Positions 1-9,735 of a stretch of DNA of 61,446 nt are shown here, piece by piece. The notes below the pieces were generated by a model. It ran no database searches and was not told the origin of the DNA. It saw only the letters and a list, made by a program, of their open reading frames with translations. Both the position numbers and the translations under genes were made by a program. Numbering within the stretch: the stretch's first letter is position 1; every line of letters begins with the position of its first letter. Origin of the DNA: a virus (lineage: Duplodnaviria; Caudoviricetes); IMG/VR virus record IMGVR_UViG_3300011335_000402, positions 1 to 61,446 of that record; one strand, 5' to 3'.

Positions 1-132
1 CCCAGCGGACACTGGTGGCTTGAGACCCGGCTTGCCGGGGTTCGCCTTGTTGTAGGCCGCGCGACCTTTGGCATTGAGACCCCCAGCAGGGTTCTTGCCC
101 TCTTTGCGCTGCCATGCGGGGGTCTTGACCAT
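1..132 (-). CDS. Small basic virion-module protein (partial, runs off window start)
   Basis: Manual translation MVKTPAWQRKEGKNPAGGLNAKGRAAYNKANPGKPGLKPP; ATG overlaps the stop of the glycosyltransferase (TAATG). Confidence 0.7.
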   Translation of the reverse strand, partial: MVKTPAWQRKEGKNPAGGLNAKGRAAYNKANPGKPGLKPPVSAG

Positions 133-866
133 TACGCTGCCTCCGCTTTCGGTGCGAGCATCGGGTAGAGCACGTCGGTGCCGAAGTTGCCGACATACTC
201 CTGCACACCCATGTGGCCGAGGGTGATCGACGGGTCGACCCAGACCTCAAAGCCAAGCTCACGGGCACGGTCGCAGAACAGGAAGTCCTCGCCGATATAA
301 CCCTCTTCGGCCAGTTCGAAGTCGAACAGGCAGGGGACCACACGGTCGCTGCGCTTGTCGTAGTACTTCCACTCGGGGTGGGCCTCGGTCATGGTCACGA
401 ACACCTCACGGCGCACGATCATGAAGGCGGTGGCGACACGTTGGGCACGGACAAGGCCCATACCGTTCATGGTGAGGTCGCCGTTCCCATCAGCATCGAG
501 GGTGGCGATGTAGACCTTATCTTCGCTGCGCGTGCGCGGCACGGCGGCGACAATGCCCTTCCTTGGGTCGGATGCCCACGCCATCAGGCGCAGGATGTCA
601 TCCGGCTCAAAGTTGATGTCGCTGTCGATGAAGATCAGGTAGTCGCACTTTGAATCCAGCATGTCCTGCGCCATCAGGTTGCGGGCGCGGGAGACGACGG
701 AGCATCCGCAGATGCTGCCAATCTGGATGTCGATGCCATGCTGCGGTGCTGCCTGCGCAAAGCGGGCAAGCGACACCGCCAACTTCAAGGACACCTTGAA
801 GTCATAGGCGGGTAGAGCAATGAAGATGCTCTTACCCGCTAGATCGTAGCTCTTCTGGGACTGCAT
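132..866 (-). CDS. GT-A fold glycosyltransferase
   Basis: IFIALPAY beta-strand, SRARN, LIFIDSDI (DxD motif), GEDFLFC, LGHMG; likely start MQSQK at 866. Confidence 0.8.
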   Translation of the reverse strand: MQSQKSYDLAGKSIFIALPAYDFKVSLKLAVSLARFAQAAPQHGIDIQIGSICGCSVVSRARNLMAQDMLDSKCDYLIFIDSDINFEPDDILRLMAWASDPRKGIVAAVPRTRSEDKVYIATLDADGNGDLTMNGMGLVRAQRVATAFMIVRREVFVTMTEAHPEWKYYDKRSDRVVPCLFDFELAEEGYIGEDFLFCDRARELGFEVWVDPSITLGHMGVQEYVGNFGTDVLYPMLAPKAEAA

Positions 867-880
867 ACAGCACCTTCGGA

Positions 881-1228
881 TTAGGAAGCAGTGGTGACCG
901 CAATCCAAGTGGTGCCGCCGTCCGAGGAGTACAGGCGGGTGCTGGTGCTGTTACCATCGGTGCGCAGATACAGCGAACCCTTGGCCGCTGCCACAGTCGG
1001 AGCGCCCGAGCCGACATAGATACCGAGGTTGGCAGTCGAACTGATGAGGATCGCCGACATACCGCCCGCTGCCGGAGCAGTGCCGCTATCGACGGTCATG
1101 TTGCCGGTGATGGTGCTGTTGGCACCAAAGGTGCCGGTAACGGTCTCGGTACCGGTGCCATCAGCAACGGTGATGGTCTGGAAGCCGCTCTGCGAACGAA
1201 CGGGGCCGCTGAAAGTCGTGTTCGACAT
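881..1228 (-). CDS. Putative head decoration/fibre protein
   Basis: MSNTTFSGPVRS N-terminus, Thr/Gly-rich, GAPTVAAAKGSLYLRTDG motif; directly downstream of the capsid gene; GGAG RBS. Confidence 0.6.
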   Translation of the reverse strand: MSNTTFSGPVRSQSGFQTITVADGTGTETVTGTFGANSTITGNMTVDSGTAPAAGGMSAILISSTANLGIYVGSGAPTVAAAKGSLYLRTDGNSTSTRLYSSDGGTTWIAVTTAS

Positions 1229-1241
1229 ATTCTTTCTCCGT

Positions 1242-1309
1242 GTAGTAGCACATTCCCACACCGTCTCTACTACGTCTGCTAGGGCAGTCGGTGCGGGTTA
1301 ATCACCTAG
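1242..1309 (-). ncRNA. Candidate structured cis-regulatory RNA (double pseudoknot)
   Basis: Minus-strand pairings CCCGCACCG/CGGUGUGGG, CUGC/GCAG, loop CCUA with upstream UAGG, GUAGUAG/CUACUAC next to the RBS. Confidence 0.45.
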
Positions 1310-1327
1310 TTCAGTATGGATAACATC

Positions 1328-1365
1328 AAAAAGAAAAGAGGGGAAGAGGTTTCCCTCTTCCCCTC
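1328..1365 (-). terminator. Rho-independent terminator after major capsid gene
   Basis: GAGGGGAAGAGG-GAAA-CCTCTTCCCCTC followed by TTTTCTTTTT on the minus strand. Confidence 0.9.
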
Positions 1366-1376
1366 CCCCTGTTTCC

Positions 1377-2288
1377 TTAGGCAGCGCCTTCGGAACCGTA
1401 CATACCCAGAGGGTCGGACCAGCCGAAGCTGTAACGCTCGCGAGCCTTGTAGCGCACGTTGCCGGTGTCGAAGTCACCATCCATATTCTGGGACATCGGG
1501 GTACGGACAAAGTGCTTGAGGCCGTTCGGCACGTCGGTGGTCAGGAACCACGCGTCGTTGTCGGTCAGGAAGTGGTTAACGGTGTAACCTTCCGGGATCG
1601 AGCCGTTCGACTTCAAGGCGTTGATGTCGTTGTCGGCGGTCGACACGCGGAGTTCAGTCTCCAGCAGTCGAGTCGCAACGAACATCAGGCTCGGCGGCAC
1701 CACCAGCTTACGCGGCTTCGCCGCGATGAGCAGGCCACGTTCGTCCGTCCACGCAGCAATCTGAATGACAGCCGCTTCAAGCGACGTTTCGTTCAGGTCG
1801 GCAGCGGTGGCCGGGACGTTCGAGTTGACACTGCCCGAGACAGTCGGGTGGGCGTTCGAGAACAGCGGCTGACCGTCGCCACCGGGATAATCGGTGTCGA
1901 AGCCGTTGTTCAGGACCGAAGCGGCCTTGGTCTGCTTGGTGTACGCCATGGCACGGGCAAGTGCCTTGGTGTAGCGCGACGACAGCGAGTCATAGAGGTT
2001 GTCCTCAATCGCTTCTTCCGTGATCGAGAACCCGAGGGCAATCGTTTCATGGTTGTAGCGAGCAGTGAACACTTCCTGCGCGTTGTCATAGGCGATAGCC
2101 GAACCTTCGTTCTTGACCGGAGCCGCCGAGAAACCGGACAGCTTCGTTTCTTCTTCGAACGAACGCTCAGAAGTCTCCGTGTCGAAGATTTCCTTGTGCT
2201 CTTCGCCGTAGCGGGCGTACTCCAGACCGAACAGGGCGTTCAGGCCGGGCAGAAGCTCCTTGAGGAGTTGTGCGCGTGAAATTGCCAT
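1377..2288 (-). CDS. Major capsid protein
   Basis: MAISRAQLLKELLPGLNALFGLEY...DGDFDTGNVRYKARERYSFGWSD, typical of this capsid family; strong codon bias; followed by a terminator. Confidence 0.93.
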   Translation of the reverse strand: MAISRAQLLKELLPGLNALFGLEYARYGEEHKEIFDTETSERSFEEETKLSGFSAAPVKNEGSAIAYDNAQEVFTARYNHETIALGFSITEEAIEDNLYDSLSSRYTKALARAMAYTKQTKAASVLNNGFDTDYPGGDGQPLFSNAHPTVSGSVNSNVPATAADLNETSLEAAVIQIAAWTDERGLLIAAKPRKLVVPPSLMFVATRLLETELRVSTADNDINALKSNGSIPEGYTVNHFLTDNDAWFLTTDVPNGLKHFVRTPMSQNMDGDFDTGNVRYKARERYSFGWSDPLGMYGSEGAA

Positions 2289-2300
2289 TGTTCAGTCTCC

Positions 2301-2900
2301 TTAGACGCCGGTTGGGTTGAGGTACTGGTGCATACCCTGATTCCACTTGACGACGACCTCGGTGTAAGAACCGGGGTTGCCAGCAGTGGTGGTCTCGGGG
2401 ATGACATCAATAATGCGCAACGGCCACGTCGAGGTAGTGGCAGTCGTCGAACTGACAGCGACCCGCGAGTTGCCATTGGCAGTCGAGCCGGAGTTCTGCA
2501 CCAGAACAGCGTTGTTGCCGACCGCAGTGCGGTTGACGAAGCTGATGGTGGTGCCGCTCGACACGACAGCGACCTTGAACAGCGCATCGGGGTCATCCTG
2601 CACATAGGCTTGGATGTCCGTGGCCGTCACGCCGCCGGGGTAGAATTGGCGGAAGGTCTTCCCGAACACCGGATCGGTGTACGAGCAGCCCAGAAACACG
2701 CCAACAGGGGTAGCAGCGTTCGTGCCAGTGTCCTTGGCCAGAGTACCGGTGTCAGCCAGTCGAACAACGTCACCATAGAAAATGGCGGTTGCCGAACTTG
2801 CAGCAATCGGAATCTGACGAGTAGCACCAGCAAAAACCTGCCCACCGATCAGGTTGATCGGGATAAGCCCATAGGGGCCGTCAACACTCGGGTAAGTCAT
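2301..2900 (-). CDS. Capsid cement/decoration protein
   Basis: PYGLIPI...IFYGDVV...GVFLGCSYTDP...VQDDPD; immediately upstream of the capsid gene. Confidence 0.65.
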   Translation of the reverse strand: MTYPSVDGPYGLIPINLIGGQVFAGATRQIPIAASSATAIFYGDVVRLADTGTLAKDTGTNAATPVGVFLGCSYTDPVFGKTFRQFYPGGVTATDIQAYVQDDPDALFKVAVVSSGTTISFVNRTAVGNNAVLVQNSGSTANGNSRVAVSSTTATTSTWPLRIIDVIPETTTAGNPGSYTEVVVKWNQGMHQYLNPTGV

Positions 2901-2913
2901 ACCAAGCTCCTAG

Positions 2914-3363
2914 TTATCTGCCTTTGCCAAACGACGTCGAGGAACGGCTCTCACGGAGGAGGGGCATTCTCGGGTCGTTCTCTCTCATATAGTTGTTGTC
3001 CACGGACTCGATCTGAGCACGGTTCATGTTGGCGAAGTGCTTCCGCCGTTGAGCCATGAACTCAGTTGGAATCTTGCACAGCAACAGCCCACCGACCTCA
3101 ATGTTGTCCTTGAAACGGCTGTTCGGGTCCGCGAGGAAGCGGAGCGAAGGTTGCTCCTCTACCCGTACGGGTTCCCAGCCTTCGCGGAACTTAGCCGAGA
3201 CGTTTTTGGCGTCCGACTGTTCGAGGGCGGCTACACGAATCCACCGGTACGCATATCCGGGCTGGCGTTCAGGCTCAGGAAGCCCTCCTGCCGGTGCCCA
3301 CGATTCCGGGCGTTTCGTTTCGACTCGGGTGTCGAGTTCGCGCGTGAGACGATTTTCTGCCAT
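2914..3363 (-). CDS. Conserved head-module protein
   Basis: PGYAYRWIR...REGWEPV...GGLLLCKIP; between scaffold and capsid genes. Confidence 0.7.
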   Translation of the reverse strand: MAENRLTRELDTRVETKRPESWAPAGGLPEPERQPGYAYRWIRVAALEQSDAKNVSAKFREGWEPVRVEEQPSLRFLADPNSRFKDNIEVGGLLLCKIPTEFMAQRRKHFANMNRAQIESVDNNYMRENDPRMPLLRESRSSTSFGKGR

Positions 3364-3365
3364 GT

Positions 3366-4298
3366 TCAACGCTCCATCTTCATGAGTTCACGAGCATATT
3401 GCTCGGGGGTCAGGCCCAATCGTTTTGCGATGGCGATCTGGGACTGTTTCAGCACGATCTTCTTGGGGGATGTGCTGCGAGAAGCGGGTGCGACGACGTT
3501 GGCAGGTTTCGTGTCTGCGCGACTGGGTTTCCCAGTAGTCGCTTTGTCGTTCCCGAAATACTCGGGGAAACGACGGCGCATCGTTGTGTCGATGACGCCC
3601 CAATATTCGTCGGACCCGATGAATTGCGGGCCACGTTCGCGTTCGAGCTTTTGGTGAAGCCCGAGAGCCGATGCAGTCATCTCTGGGTCGGTGCCCCACC
3701 ATGTGTTACGCTCTTGCCACGCAACGGTTTTGGCATCCAACTGGGGTGTCTGTACCTGCTGTTGAGGGGACTCTACCTCTTCTTCTGCACCTTGTAAAGT
3801 AGGTGTATAGCCAGAGATACGGTCGAGCTTCATCTGGGCCGAGTTCAGCTTCTTCTGGGACTCAATGATACGGTCGGTATCACCGGCCTCATAGGCGTCA
3901 CGGTACTCGCGCTCGGCCTGCGAAAGCTCAAACTCAGCGTTCTGCTTGAAGCTGCCGACGAGCGCCTGCTCGCCCTGCGTCATGGTTGCCTTGAGCTTAC
4001 GATTCTCAGCCAGCAGGCGTTCCGCTGCCGAGAGGGCCTCAGCCTTCTCACGCTGCTCACGCTCCTTGGCACGACGCTCGTCATGCCAGACCTTCTTCAT
4101 CTGCTTGAACTTGTTGCGGACGTTCTCGGAGTACTCCTCCATCTCGTCCTGCTCAAGTTTCTCGACAAGCTCCTGCGGGAGCGGCTCACGGCCACGGTCC
4201 TCTTCGGGCGTATCGTCTTCAACCTCAATATTGGCCGCAGGGCCATCCTCGTCCTCGATCTCGAACGAGAAGTCGTCATCAGTCGGCTTGGTAGCCAT
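3366..4298 (-). CDS. Putative capsid scaffolding protein
   Basis: Acidic N-terminus, long coiled coil, C-terminal AKRLGLTPEQYA; RBS AAGGAG before MATK. Confidence 0.7.
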   Translation of the reverse strand: MATKPTDDDFSFEIEDEDGPAANIEVEDDTPEEDRGREPLPQELVEKLEQDEMEEYSENVRNKFKQMKKVWHDERRAKEREQREKAEALSAAERLLAENRKLKATMTQGEQALVGSFKQNAEFELSQAEREYRDAYEAGDTDRIIESQKKLNSAQMKLDRISGYTPTLQGAEEEVESPQQQVQTPQLDAKTVAWQERNTWWGTDPEMTASALGLHQKLERERGPQFIGSDEYWGVIDTTMRRRFPEYFGNDKATTGKPSRADTKPANVVAPASRSTSPKKIVLKQSQIAIAKRLGLTPEQYARELMKMER

Positions 4299-4330
4299 TG
4301 GTCTTCTCCTTTGTACGGGTAACGCCCCCG

Positions 4331-4798
4331 TTAAGCGGCACAGAACTGTGCGACTGCCGGACAAAAAGCGTTGCCTTTTTTCCGGTTTTCGGTGCGTGGG
4401 ATGACTTGAAGGTTGTCCAAGACATGCAGACCGCAGACATTTTTGCCCTTGACCGGCACGATGTGGTCAACCTCAAATCCGGGGAACATCCCGCAGAATA
4501 GATACATCCCGTCCATTTCGACCTTGTCGGTAAGCGAGACCGGATACCGGGCCAGCATCCGCCTATGGGCGCGATCTGCGGCTCCGTACCACCGATTCTG
4601 CTTGGCCCACCGCTTTCGCGCAGCTTTTCGGGCTTCTGACAGGGGCCGGGCTTCTCGGCGTTTTTCAGCCTCAGCCCGTTTACCAGAAGCCCGGTAAGCC
4701 TCCTCTTCTCGACGTTTGGATGCCTTACCCTTTTCACTAGCGTAATATTTACGCTTGGCGAGTTTTTGCCGAGCCTTTCGCTCTTCGGGGCTAAGCAC
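4331..4798 (-). CDS. HNH homing endonuclease
   Basis: EVDHIVPVKGKNVCGLHVLDNLQVIPRTENRKKGN with a basic N-terminus. Confidence 0.85.
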   Translation of the reverse strand: MLSPEERKARQKLAKRKYYASEKGKASKRREEEAYRASGKRAEAEKRREARPLSEARKAARKRWAKQNRWYGAADRAHRRMLARYPVSLTDKVEMDGMYLFCGMFPGFEVDHIVPVKGKNVCGLHVLDNLQVIPRTENRKKGNAFCPAVAQFCAA

Positions 4799-5228
4799 GG
4801 GACACCCCGCGAGGGTCTTCGACTACAGCTTCGACCGCATCGTCGTTGATGATGCGGAACTCACGGCCATAAATCTTGATGCGCGAGCCAGCGTGCGGGC
4901 GGACGACGATAAAATCGCCTTCCTTGCACCATGGGCCGCTCGGAAACCGCTTCTCGTCCTTGTAAGCGTCCGGGCCGACCTTCGCCACGTACAGCACTGT
5001 TGCCAGCAACTCCTCGTGGTGGATAGTGATGTCAGCCTTGAGGATGCCCCCCTCGGTGGCCTTCTCGACCTCCGGGATGGCGCACAAGAGCCGATAACCG
5101 GACGGGTCCGGCAGGAGCTTGGGACGGTCCTCGATAGGGATTTCCGACTCGGCGGGTTTGATGGTGATGGGCCTACCGTCGAGACCGACGAGTGGCGGGG
5201 TGGTGGTGCCGATGAGATCAATCGTCAT
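4791..5228 (-). CDS. groES: Co-chaperonin GroES-like protein
   Basis: PSGYRLL...TEGGIL mobile loop, VGPDAY, KEGDFIV, FRIINDDAVEAVV. Confidence 0.85.
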   Translation of the reverse strand: MTIDLIGTTTPPLVGLDGRPITIKPAESEIPIEDRPKLLPDPSGYRLLCAIPEVEKATEGGILKADITIHHEELLATVLYVAKVGPDAYKDEKRFPSGPWCKEGDFIVVRPHAGSRIKIYGREFRIINDDAVEAVVEDPRGVSRA

Positions 5229-5415
5229 CGTCGTCCTCCATCCGCTTCGACGTTTCTTCGAGCAGGCCGTTGGCCACCATCAGCCCACGGATGATACCGC
5301 AGGCATATTTATACTCGCCGTGGTCCTTGGCTGTGCCGCGAGCAAGATCATCTGAGATGACCTTGATCTCGTCCTGCACCTTTTTTGAGAGGTGCAGCAT
5401 TAGCGGACTGTTCAT
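5218..5415 (-). CDS. Hypothetical protein
   Basis: 65-aa ORF tightly coupled between portal and groES; G.AKD..EYKY.CG.IRGL motif. Confidence 0.7.
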   Translation of the reverse strand: MNSPLMLHLSKKVQDEIKVISDDLARGTAKDHGEYKYACGIIRGLMVANGLLEETSKRMEDDDDD

Positions 5416-7895
5416 TCACGTTCCTCTGGTTGCTGGGTTGGGGAAACAGGGGGTTGCTGCGTCTGGAACTGTTCGCGGGCAATATCGACGCCGATGCGAA
5501 GTCCTTCCATCTGCTCCTTGGCGGACAGGTTGGCCTTATCCGTTGCCATCTTGGCCCCAACTTGGAGGCCAGCGATCTCTTTCTGTGTGTCGAGCCGTTC
5601 GCGCTCAAGCTCGATACGGTCAGCCTTGTCGGCGGCGTCGATCTGGAGCTTCTTCTCCTTGAGTTCGACGTCCTTGGCTTTGAGTTGCAGTTCAGCCTGC
5701 TGCATCTGGACGATGGGGTCCTGTGCCGCCTGCTGGTTCTGCTGGGCCTGTGCCTCCGCTTGGTTCTTCTGGAGCAACTGCGATGCTGCGGCAGCGGCCA
5801 GACGCGAGACGGCAAGCTCGGTGTTCTCGTCCATCTGAGCGTCGGGCGGCGGGAGCGGCACACCAGCCTGCTCCTCAAGCTGACGCCGATACTCGAACGC
5901 CAGATGCTCGGCGATGTGGGCCTGCATAGCTGCCATCATGGCCTGCGCATTGGGGTTCTGACCCATCAGCGCAGCGACCTTCGGGTCCTGCATCGCTGCC
6001 ATGTGGACAGTGATGTGGGCCTCATGGTCTTGGTAGATGAACGCCTTGACCGGCTTACCGTTGATGACGTCCATGTTCTCGCTGACCGGGTCGCGCGGCT
6101 TCATGTCGTCGCCGTCCTTGAGCGGGACGAGCTTCTCAGCGTTCTTGATCCCGAGGACGTCGAGCATCTGCCGGTGGAGATATGGCAGGTCGTAAAGCTG
6201 CGGGGCACCCTGCGCCAATTGCAGAACCGCTTGATATTGCACGATTTTCTGCGCCATGGTGGCGGCATTGGGGTCCGACACGGGGATGACGTTGACCCGG
6301 TCATAGTCGCCCTGCTTGGCCTTGCGGTCGCCCTCACCGGGGTCGTAGTTGTACTCCTCGGGGGTGTAGTCGCGGATGATGTTCTTGAGGAGCTTGAACT
6401 CCTGCTTCATCGAGTAGTGGATGCGCGCCTGCACAGCCGACATGACCTTGAGCGTGCGCTCAAGGATGGCGAGCGTCGTACCCACAGGGGCCTGCGCCGA
6501 CATGTCGCTGACCTTCATATCCGCTGCCGACGCCAGCCTACGACCATCTTCCACGATGGTGTTCAACAGCGTGTAGAGGACTTGGCTCGGCTCCTTGTAG
6601 GGGAGTGGCATGATATTGTCGCGCATCGTGCCCGAAGCCACGTCAACGTCACGCCACTCCGCCGGGGCGATGGGAGTATCATCGCCCTTCACCCGCAGAC
6701 CCTTGGTCTTGAAGCCGCCGGGGAGATTGCTCAATGTCCCTGCGTCGACCAACTGGCGGATGATTGAGGTCCCGGACTTGGCGAACGCACCGATGAGGTG
6801 GATCAAGCCGAAGGCATAGAAGCCAAAGCCGGGGATATAGCAGTAGTGTACAAAGTGGTTGCGCTTCGTCTTCCGGTCGTCGTCCGGGTCCCAGTTGCGC
6901 CGGATCGAGAGGACCGTCTGAGTGCCCTTGTCGATGGTGACGACGTAGGGGACGGCGATGCCACTCTTTGTCTCGTCCTTGGCCAGCTTGTCGTCCGGCA
7001 GCACGAGGTCGACGTGCATCTCCAGCAGCTTGTACCGGTCGTCCGTGGTCGCGCGGAAGCCCATCTTCTCGGCGATCTTCTTCTCGACCTCATCGAGGGT
7101 GTTGACCGGCTCGGGTAGCTCGATGTCGCGGTAAAAGCCCGACGCTTGGAGCTTGTGAAGCTCGTTCGGGGTCTTACGCATGACGTGGGTCACACGCCCT
7201 GCCATCTCTAGGCTGGACGCACCGTAGGGCACGACGACATCCTCGGCGGGGATGTACATCGAGGTCTGGCGGTTGAGCGCCGGGTCAAAATAGACCTTTT
7301 TGAAGGCGTTACCGGCGAGGCCGAGGCCCCACAGCATCCGCTCATGCTCAGGGCGATACTCTACCATGACGTCGGTCAACTGGTAGTTCATATCCTCCTG
7401 CACGCGGGCAGCGGCGTCACGCGTCTCGTTGGTCTCCTTGCCGATGATCTCGGTCTTGACCGGCCCCTGAGCAGGAAATGTCTCAGTCATGGTCTCGGCT
7501 TGGAACCGTACCAGAGCCTCACTGAGGAGGGGGTGGTAGACCCCGCACGCACCGGGCCACGGCTCAGTCCGATCCTCGACCTTCATCCCCAGAAGCTCAA
7601 GCCCGTCGACGTAGGTCTGTATCCAGTCCTTCCGCGACGAAATGTCTTCCTCAAACTCGCCCAGCAGGTCGCCAGCAAGCTCGGCAAGCTGGCCGTCGTC
7701 CATATCCTCGGCGAGGTTGTCGCCAAAGCCATCATCCTCCTCGGCGTCCGGGTCGATCTCGATCTCCATATCGCCTATGCCGATTGTCACAGACTCCGGG
7801 TCCTCGATCTCGATCTCGATTTCCGGCTCGGCGTTGAGCAGATCAGCCGCCGAGAGACCCATAGGGGCCGGGTTGAGGGCTTTGTCGATGGCCAT
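5412..7895 (-). CDS. Portal protein
   Basis: 827 aa downstream of TerL; SRKDW, PWPGACGVYHPLL, LVDAGTLSNLPGG, Gln-rich coiled-coil C-terminal barrel (P22-like). Confidence 0.88.
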   Translation of the reverse strand: MAIDKALNPAPMGLSAADLLNAEPEIEIEIEDPESVTIGIGDMEIEIDPDAEEDDGFGDNLAEDMDDGQLAELAGDLLGEFEEDISSRKDWIQTYVDGLELLGMKVEDRTEPWPGACGVYHPLLSEALVRFQAETMTETFPAQGPVKTEIIGKETNETRDAAARVQEDMNYQLTDVMVEYRPEHERMLWGLGLAGNAFKKVYFDPALNRQTSMYIPAEDVVVPYGASSLEMAGRVTHVMRKTPNELHKLQASGFYRDIELPEPVNTLDEVEKKIAEKMGFRATTDDRYKLLEMHVDLVLPDDKLAKDETKSGIAVPYVVTIDKGTQTVLSIRRNWDPDDDRKTKRNHFVHYCYIPGFGFYAFGLIHLIGAFAKSGTSIIRQLVDAGTLSNLPGGFKTKGLRVKGDDTPIAPAEWRDVDVASGTMRDNIMPLPYKEPSQVLYTLLNTIVEDGRRLASAADMKVSDMSAQAPVGTTLAILERTLKVMSAVQARIHYSMKQEFKLLKNIIRDYTPEEYNYDPGEGDRKAKQGDYDRVNVIPVSDPNAATMAQKIVQYQAVLQLAQGAPQLYDLPYLHRQMLDVLGIKNAEKLVPLKDGDDMKPRDPVSENMDVINGKPVKAFIYQDHEAHITVHMAAMQDPKVAALMGQNPNAQAMMAAMQAHIAEHLAFEYRRQLEEQAGVPLPPPDAQMDENTELAVSRLAAAAASQLLQKNQAEAQAQQNQQAAQDPIVQMQQAELQLKAKDVELKEKKLQIDAADKADRIELERERLDTQKEIAGLQVGAKMATDKANLSAKEQMEGLRIGVDIAREQFQTQQPPVSPTQQPEERE

Positions 7896-8183
7896 TTACT
7901 TACCCTTCTTCGGCTTGGTAACGCCTGCAACGCGCGCGATGGTCCGCGCAGCAGTGACGACAGGCGCGACAGCAGCAGCGACCTCGGCGACATCCTCAAC
8001 GGCGTCCTCGATCTTATCGAGCACGTTCTTTTTCTTCGGAGCCTCCATTTGGTTAACTACCGCCACCGCATCCGCGAAAGGCACACCGCCAGCACGGTGA
8101 GCGTTGAACGCGATCTGCTGGTCAGGACGCCACTTGCGCCACTGGGTTTTCCCGATGGGGAAGAGTGCTTTTACCTCTGCCAT
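7896..8183 (-). CDS. Hypothetical protein
   Basis: ORF filling the gap between TerL and portal; likely start MAEVK. Confidence 0.6.
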   Translation of the reverse strand: MAEVKALFPIGKTQWRKWRPDQQIAFNAHRAGGVPFADAVAVVNQMEAPKKKNVLDKIEDAVEDVAEVAAAVAPVVTAARTIARVAGVTKPKKGK

Positions 8184-8184
8184 G

Positions 8185-9735
8185 TCAATAATACCCCTGA
8201 TGTCGATTGCTCTTGAAATACACCGGTTCATCTTCTGCGTCTAGCGCAGTAGTCACATAACCACCCTTGCGGAATCGCATGAGCGCCAGCGATACCGAGT
8301 CGACATAGTCGTCATGCTCGCCACCGGGGAAGCTGGCCACCTCGTCGATGACTTCTTCTGCCCAGTGGGTGTCCGGTGCCCACACGCGACCCGATGCAAA
8401 CAGATCAGAGCAGGCGTTGAGACGGCTGATCTTGTCGTTACCCCTCGATGGGGTAAACTCCTGCACCGGTATGCCCATGGACCGCATCTCATAGATGAGC
8501 GGGGCACCCGATGCCTTCTTCTCGATGATGATCGAGTCCGGCTCCCACTCCTTATACTCCTCAACCGCAGTGCGCTTGAGCGTCGGGAACTCCATCCGGT
8601 CCCGGAACGCGTTGAGGAGGATGATATTGGCCTGCTCGGTGCCATTATCGTCGGGGTGGTAGAACACACCCCATGTCGTACAGGCCGAATAGTCGGCCCG
8701 CTGGGTCTTCTCGAAGGCGGTATCCCACGACTGGAGGATGAACTCGCACTGTGGCGGGCGCTCGCGCTCCCATGTCTTCCACCATTCACGCTTGACGATG
8801 GCAGCAGTGTCGCTGGTCGGTGCCTGCTGGTACTGGGCCTGCCATTTTGAGTTGGGCAGTTCCTCTTTGAGTGCCGCAAGCTCTTTCAACGACCAAAATT
8901 CAGGCCACAGGGGCTTCCCAGAGGGTAAAATCGCTGGAAATTCAATGACTTCCCACTCATCACCGCCCCGCTGAATGGACGATTTCAGCACCTGACCGGT
9001 CAAATCGCGCTTCGACCAGCGCGTCATGACGATGATGATGGCCCCACCCGGCTGGAGACGCTGCCGAGGACCAGATGTGTACCACTCGTAGGTCTTGTCG
9101 TAGACGTCTGGGTTGACTTCCGCGAGTGCGGCTTCCTGCTCCGAGTGCGGATCGTCGATGATGAGCACGTCAGCGCCCTTCCCGGTCACCGCACCGCCCA
9201 CACCGATAGCGAAATAGTCGCCACCCTTGGACGTGTTCCATCGGCCAGCGGCCTTTGAGTCAGCAGAGAGGGACAGATCAGGGAAAATCTGATGATATGC
9301 CTCGGTATCGACGAGGTTACGCACCTTACGACCGAACCCCACGGCCAACTCAGCGGTGTGGGAGCACTGGATGACCTTTTTGTGGGGAAACTGACCGAGA
9401 AACCACGCGGGCAGGAGGTAGGAGGCGAACTCACTCTTAGTGTGTCGGGGCGGCATGTTGATGATGAGCCGCTTCAACTCCCCTCGCGCAACGCGCTCGA
9501 AGGCATCCGCCATGATCGCATGGTGCCGTCCGCCAATGAACGTCGGCCAGACAGCGCCGACGAACTTCATGAACTTCTCACGGGAGTCGCGCTGGCTCTT
9601 TAACTGCTCCAGCTTCTCCAGTTCCGCCAGCAGCTTCTCCTGCTCGAATATCGGCAGCTTGGGCAGCAGGGCCGGGAGATCAGCCAGACTGATCTCGTCA
9701 ATGGTCTTTAAGTTCGGACGTCCGCGCAAACCCAT
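8185..9735 (-). CDS. terL: Terminase large subunit
   Basis: INMPPRHTKS Walker A variant, LIIDDP Walker B, MTRW motif, SWDTA and HDDYVDS RNase H-like nuclease residues. Confidence 0.95.
   Translation of the reverse strand: MGLRGRPNLKTIDEISLADLPALLPKLPIFEQEKLLAELEKLEQLKSQRDSREKFMKFVGAVWPTFIGGRHHAIMADAFERVARGELKRLIINMPPRHTKSEFASYLLPAWFLGQFPHKKVIQCSHTAELAVGFGRKVRNLVDTEAYHQIFPDLSLSADSKAAGRWNTSKGGDYFAIGVGGAVTGKGADVLIIDDPHSEQEAALAEVNPDVYDKTYEWYTSGPRQRLQPGGAIIIVMTRWSKRDLTGQVLKSSIQRGGDEWEVIEFPAILPSGKPLWPEFWSLKELAALKEELPNSKWQAQYQQAPTSDTAAIVKREWWKTWERERPPQCEFILQSWDTAFEKTQRADYSACTTWGVFYHPDDNGTEQANIILLNAFRDRMEFPTLKRTAVEEYKEWEPDSIIIEKKASGAPLIYEMRSMGIPVQEFTPSRGNDKISRLNACSDLFASGRVWAPDTHWAEEVIDEVASFPGGEHDDYVDSVSLALMRFRKGGYVTTALDAEDEPVYFKSNRHQGYY

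Noticed and set aside
5385-6767. Long antisense ORFs (e.g. 460 aa opposite the portal, and many similar ones)
   Set aside because: Expected shadows of high-GC3 coding sequence; no RBS or motifs
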